Part shown: one piece after another, positions 61,138 to 64,000 of the stretch
Layout: each line of letters opens with the position of its first letter
How positions within the stretch are numbered: position 1 is the first letter of the stretch
From: Promethearchaeota archaeon
GTDB lineage: Archaea; Asgardarchaeota; Lokiarchaeia; Sigyniarchaeales; SOKP01
NCBI GenBank assembly: GCA_016839745.1
Contig: JAEOTS010000152.1
Coordinates: 1-64,000 of the forward strand
Length of the DNA stretch: 64,000 bases
Direction of reading: 5' to 3'
Made by a program: the position numbers and the translations under genes
Notes under the pieces: generated by a model
Seen by the model: the letters and a program-made list of their open reading frames with translations, nothing else
Databases searched by the model: none
Told to the model about the DNA's origin: nothing

Positions 61138-61240
61138 TTAACTCGACAAAAAATTTCATTTAAAATCATTAGTTGTTAATTAGGAGTTAAGAATATTACA
61201 TCACTTAAATTTTGGTTATAATTTAAACTAAGTAACAGAT

Positions 61241-62608
61241 CTAATTCTTAAATCCACACTTAGAGCAAGTAGAAGCACCAATTAACGTATTACCACACAT
61301 TTTACACAATTTAACTGTGCTTCTTCTAGGAGGTTTCAACTTAGTGATTGAGATCTTCTCCTCTACCTGAGTCGTTCCCTCGGTATCGCTTATGACTGAT
61401 TCAGTTGCTGAAGGTACGAGATTATTACTTGAGCCGTTAGGCTTCACTTTTACTTCTTGACCAAAATATCCTCCAACTCTAACTTTTTTAATTGGAGTTT
61501 CAACTGAAGGAGGTTTACTCAATCTAGGTGGAGATTTGATTTTTTCTGGATTGAGAATATCCTCACCAATTATTACATGTTCGTAATCCTCTTCAATTGC
61601 TTGTTCTTCGATTGGATTCTCTTCAACATACCCTTCTTCTACATTCTCATCGACAATTTCAGGTGTTACTAATTCTTGCCCGTGTTGTTCTTGGTATTCT
61701 TCCTCGTATATCATATCTACATATTCTTCGTCTAATTTTAAGAGGGTATCACATTGAATGCACCTAAATAAATGGTTAAATCCGATATTATTTGTAATTG
61801 AATAATCAGCAGCACAACATGCGTGGTATTTCGCATTACAATTATAACATTTGTGAACCTCGTCAGAATAGGCACTACAAATAGGGCACACTTCCTTTTC
61901 GCATATATCACACTTTTCTTCCTCATCAGGATCTAATGAGATTAAGTCTACAGCCAGTTTTTCGTAAAATATTTTGTCTTCTTCTAAAATTTGACTATTC
62001 GCTTCAGGTTGCACAACATTAAATTCCGATCTACTCTGAATTAAGGAAATTATGATGTTCAAGAACGATTTTACATCGTTGCAATAGAGTACTCCTCCAT
62101 GAGTTTCACTGGTTACAACTTTTAATTTAACATCGTCATTATAGAACTTCTCTCCTCCTACTCGAATAATATCAATAAAAGTATCGAATTTCTTAGCTTT
62201 AATTAAAAGATCGTAAAGCGCGTTGTGATAGTCATCTGATAAAGTACTAGGAGTATCCGATATAATTATTATTCTATAGTTCTTTCGAGCATCTCTACTC
62301 TTTCTAAAGACATAAGCTAATATTTCAAATAAACCATTTTCGAAAAAGCTTCTTTTGGTTTCTCTGGTTTCCCACTTTTCATTTATGATTTCGGTAATTA
62401 CTTCAAAATCATTCTCATCGTATAATGTTACTGGATTATCGTCATTTTGAAAAATTAACAATCCGTATGAACTTAATGTATTAAACTTAGCTTTTTCTTT
62501 AATAAAAGTGCCAATGCTTTTGATAACGTTCTTTTTCTTAATAAAATCTGTGATAAGATCAATATAAAAGATAAATTCTTCTGAGTTCACTGACGCTTTC
62601 TTAAACAT
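61241..62608 (-). CDS. vWA domain + C4HC3-type zinc finger + acidic/Pro linker + C-terminal zinc ribbon
   Basis: vWA-like strand pattern (IFYID, YGLLIF, RIIIISD, IDIIRVG, HGG); CxxC..CxxC..CxxC-x4-HxCC..CxxC; terminal CKMC..CSKC. Confidence 0.75.
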   Translation of the reverse strand: MFKKASVNSEEFIFYIDLITDFIKKKNVIKSIGTFIKEKAKFNTLSSYGLLIFQNDDNPVTLYDENDFEVITEIINEKWETRETKRSFFENGLFEILAYVFRKSRDARKNYRIIIISDTPSTLSDDYHNALYDLLIKAKKFDTFIDIIRVGGEKFYNDDVKLKVVTSETHGGVLYCNDVKSFLNIIISLIQSRSEFNVVQPEANSQILEEDKIFYEKLAVDLISLDPDEEEKCDICEKEVCPICSAYSDEVHKCYNCNAKYHACCAADYSITNNIGFNHLFRCIQCDTLLKLDEEYVDMIYEEEYQEQHGQELVTPEIVDENVEEGYVEENPIEEQAIEEDYEHVIIGEDILNPEKIKSPPRLSKPPSVETPIKKVRVGGYFGQEVKVKPNGSSNNLVPSATESVISDTEGTTQVEEKISITKLKPPRRSTVKLCKMCGNTLIGASTCSKCGFKN

Positions 62609-62757
62609 ATTAAGATCCAGATGCAGTATTAATTTTATCCAAAAATGAAGTGAAGTTACATAAAATAATAAGAGAATTTTTATTTATTTTTATTGATCTT
62701 ACCTAAGTTCTTAATTTTTAAATCAATAAATTTACTCAAAAATATTAAAAAAGAAGT

Positions 62758-64000
62758 TCAAACTTCTAACTTGTGTCCACAATACGGACAAGATTGTTTA
62801 TTATTATCCTTTTCATTAATCGGGGTACCACAGCTAGGACAATTAGTAAAACTTGGTCTTTTTCCGATTTTTTGTGCTTCATTTACTCCTCCTGAAGGGT
62901 TCCAATATTGTGGTACTTCAACTTTTTTAAGTTTTGGTTCTAAAACGGTATTATTTTTTGTTTGGTATGCATTATCGTTCCTTTCAGCATTATTGGGTTC
63001 TGTTACTTTTTGATAAATCAGCTTATCGCCTTCTTTTTTAATGGTATATGTCTTTCCAAAAAAGCCCCCGATCCTAACTTTTTGAAATTTTTCTTCTGGA
63101 GTTTTCACAGTTGTGATATCAGGAGTTAGTTTAGTCTCTTGATAAGAATTTCCGATATCCAATTGCTCAGATTCCTCTAAAGTTATTTGTTTTACAGATT
63201 CTGTAGTTATTTCTTCATTTTCTATGTATTCTTCAACCGAGTCAGTTGTATCTTCATATGGGGAGACAATTTCATCTTGATCAATTTTTAAAAGAATATC
63301 ACACTTGGGACATCGAAAAATATGTGGAATTCCAATATTATTTTGTATCGTATAATTAGTCACACAGCAATTATGAAATGCAGATTTACAACTTTCGCAA
63401 GTTTGTAATGTGTCGTTGATATCAGCGCAACAAGGACAAATCTCTTCTTGACAAATATGACACTTCAGTCCCACATCATTTGGATTTGAAGGAATTAAAT
63501 TTTTTGCTAAGCGAGAATAAAAATCGTAGTCCTCCTTCTTAATTTTAATTCTATCTGATTGTTCTTCAAATGTACTGACTAATTTTTTGGATTTGATTAA
63601 TTTTTTTATTATAGCAATGAAGTCCTTCTTTTCAGATAAATAAAACATTCCTCCCTTAGTATCGCTTGATAAGATATTTAATTTTACATCGTCTCTAAAG
63701 AACCTTTCTTCTTTTTCTGAGACTCTTATGATATCTATGAAAGTGGGTATTATTTTGATTTTAGAAACCAAACCAAATAACGCTTCAGTATAGTCTTCAG
63801 ATAGATCGCTAGGGGTATCAGTTATTACGATAATTCTATTATGCCTTGACTTTTTTCGTACTGTTTCAGCTATATACGAAAAGATGTAAAAAAGTCCGTT
63901 TTCGAAGAACGATTGCTTCTTAGGACGAGTTTTCCAGTTTTCTTCAATAGCGTTTTCTATAATATTGGAATCTTTCTTATCTGTTATAAATATAGGATTT
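62758..64000 (-). CDS. Paralog of 61241..62608, 5' end outside the window
   Basis: Frame stays open from 63771 to the window edge (NPIFITDKKD...SFFENGLFYIF...RIIVITDTPSDLSEDY); same Cys/His pattern, KVRIGGFFG and terminal CPSC..CPYC. Confidence 0.78.
   Translation of the reverse strand, partial: NPIFITDKKDSNIIENAIEENWKTRPKKQSFFENGLFYIFSYIAETVRKKSRHNRIIVITDTPSDLSEDYTEALFGLVSKIKIIPTFIDIIRVSEKEERFFRDDVKLNILSSDTKGGMFYLSEKKDFIAIIKKLIKSKKLVSTFEEQSDRIKIKKEDYDFYSRLAKNLIPSNPNDVGLKCHICQEEICPCCADINDTLQTCESCKSAFHNCCVTNYTIQNNIGIPHIFRCPKCDILLKIDQDEIVSPYEDTTDSVEEYIENEEITTESVKQITLEESEQLDIGNSYQETKLTPDITTVKTPEEKFQKVRIGGFFGKTYTIKKEGDKLIYQKVTEPNNAERNDNAYQTKNNTVLEPKLKKVEVPQYWNPSGGVNEAQKIGKRPSFTNCPSCGTPINEKDNNKQSCPYCGHKLEV

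Overview
AT-rich archaeal chromosomal DNA, most likely from an Asgard archaeon of the Lokiarchaeia. This placement is inferred from Orc1/Cdc6, an archaeal RNase P RNA, GGTGA-type ribosome-binding sites and a C-terminal IPGY-TM-basic (Loki-CTERM-like) anchor. About 7.6-37.7 kb is a catabolic island. It holds a glycyl-radical enzyme and its activase about 23 kb apart, a sulfatase, three FabK/nitronate-monooxygenase-like flavoproteins, crotonases, 3-hydroxyacyl-CoA dehydrogenase, a TetR regulator and two duplicated thiolases. The thiolases flank an unusual Dpp/Opp-type ABC importer: both ATPases are fused to their own membrane domains, and one contains an internal duplication with a relic of the ATPase N-terminus. 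The binding-protein gene and an M24-fold gene lacking its metal ligands face each other between two 69-bp inverted copies of one promoter (65/69 identical). The right part has trxB-xerA-cdc6, TldD/E, an IFT52/GldG (GIFT)-like protein, purA, a PiT system, tyrosine phenol-lyase, hypB and two tandem vWA + C4HC3 zinc-finger paralogs. Several small unannotated ORFs, gene relics and probable non-canonical start codons were also found. No CRISPR array, IS element, tRNA or rRNA was seen. All family calls come from motif recognition by eye, not from database searches.
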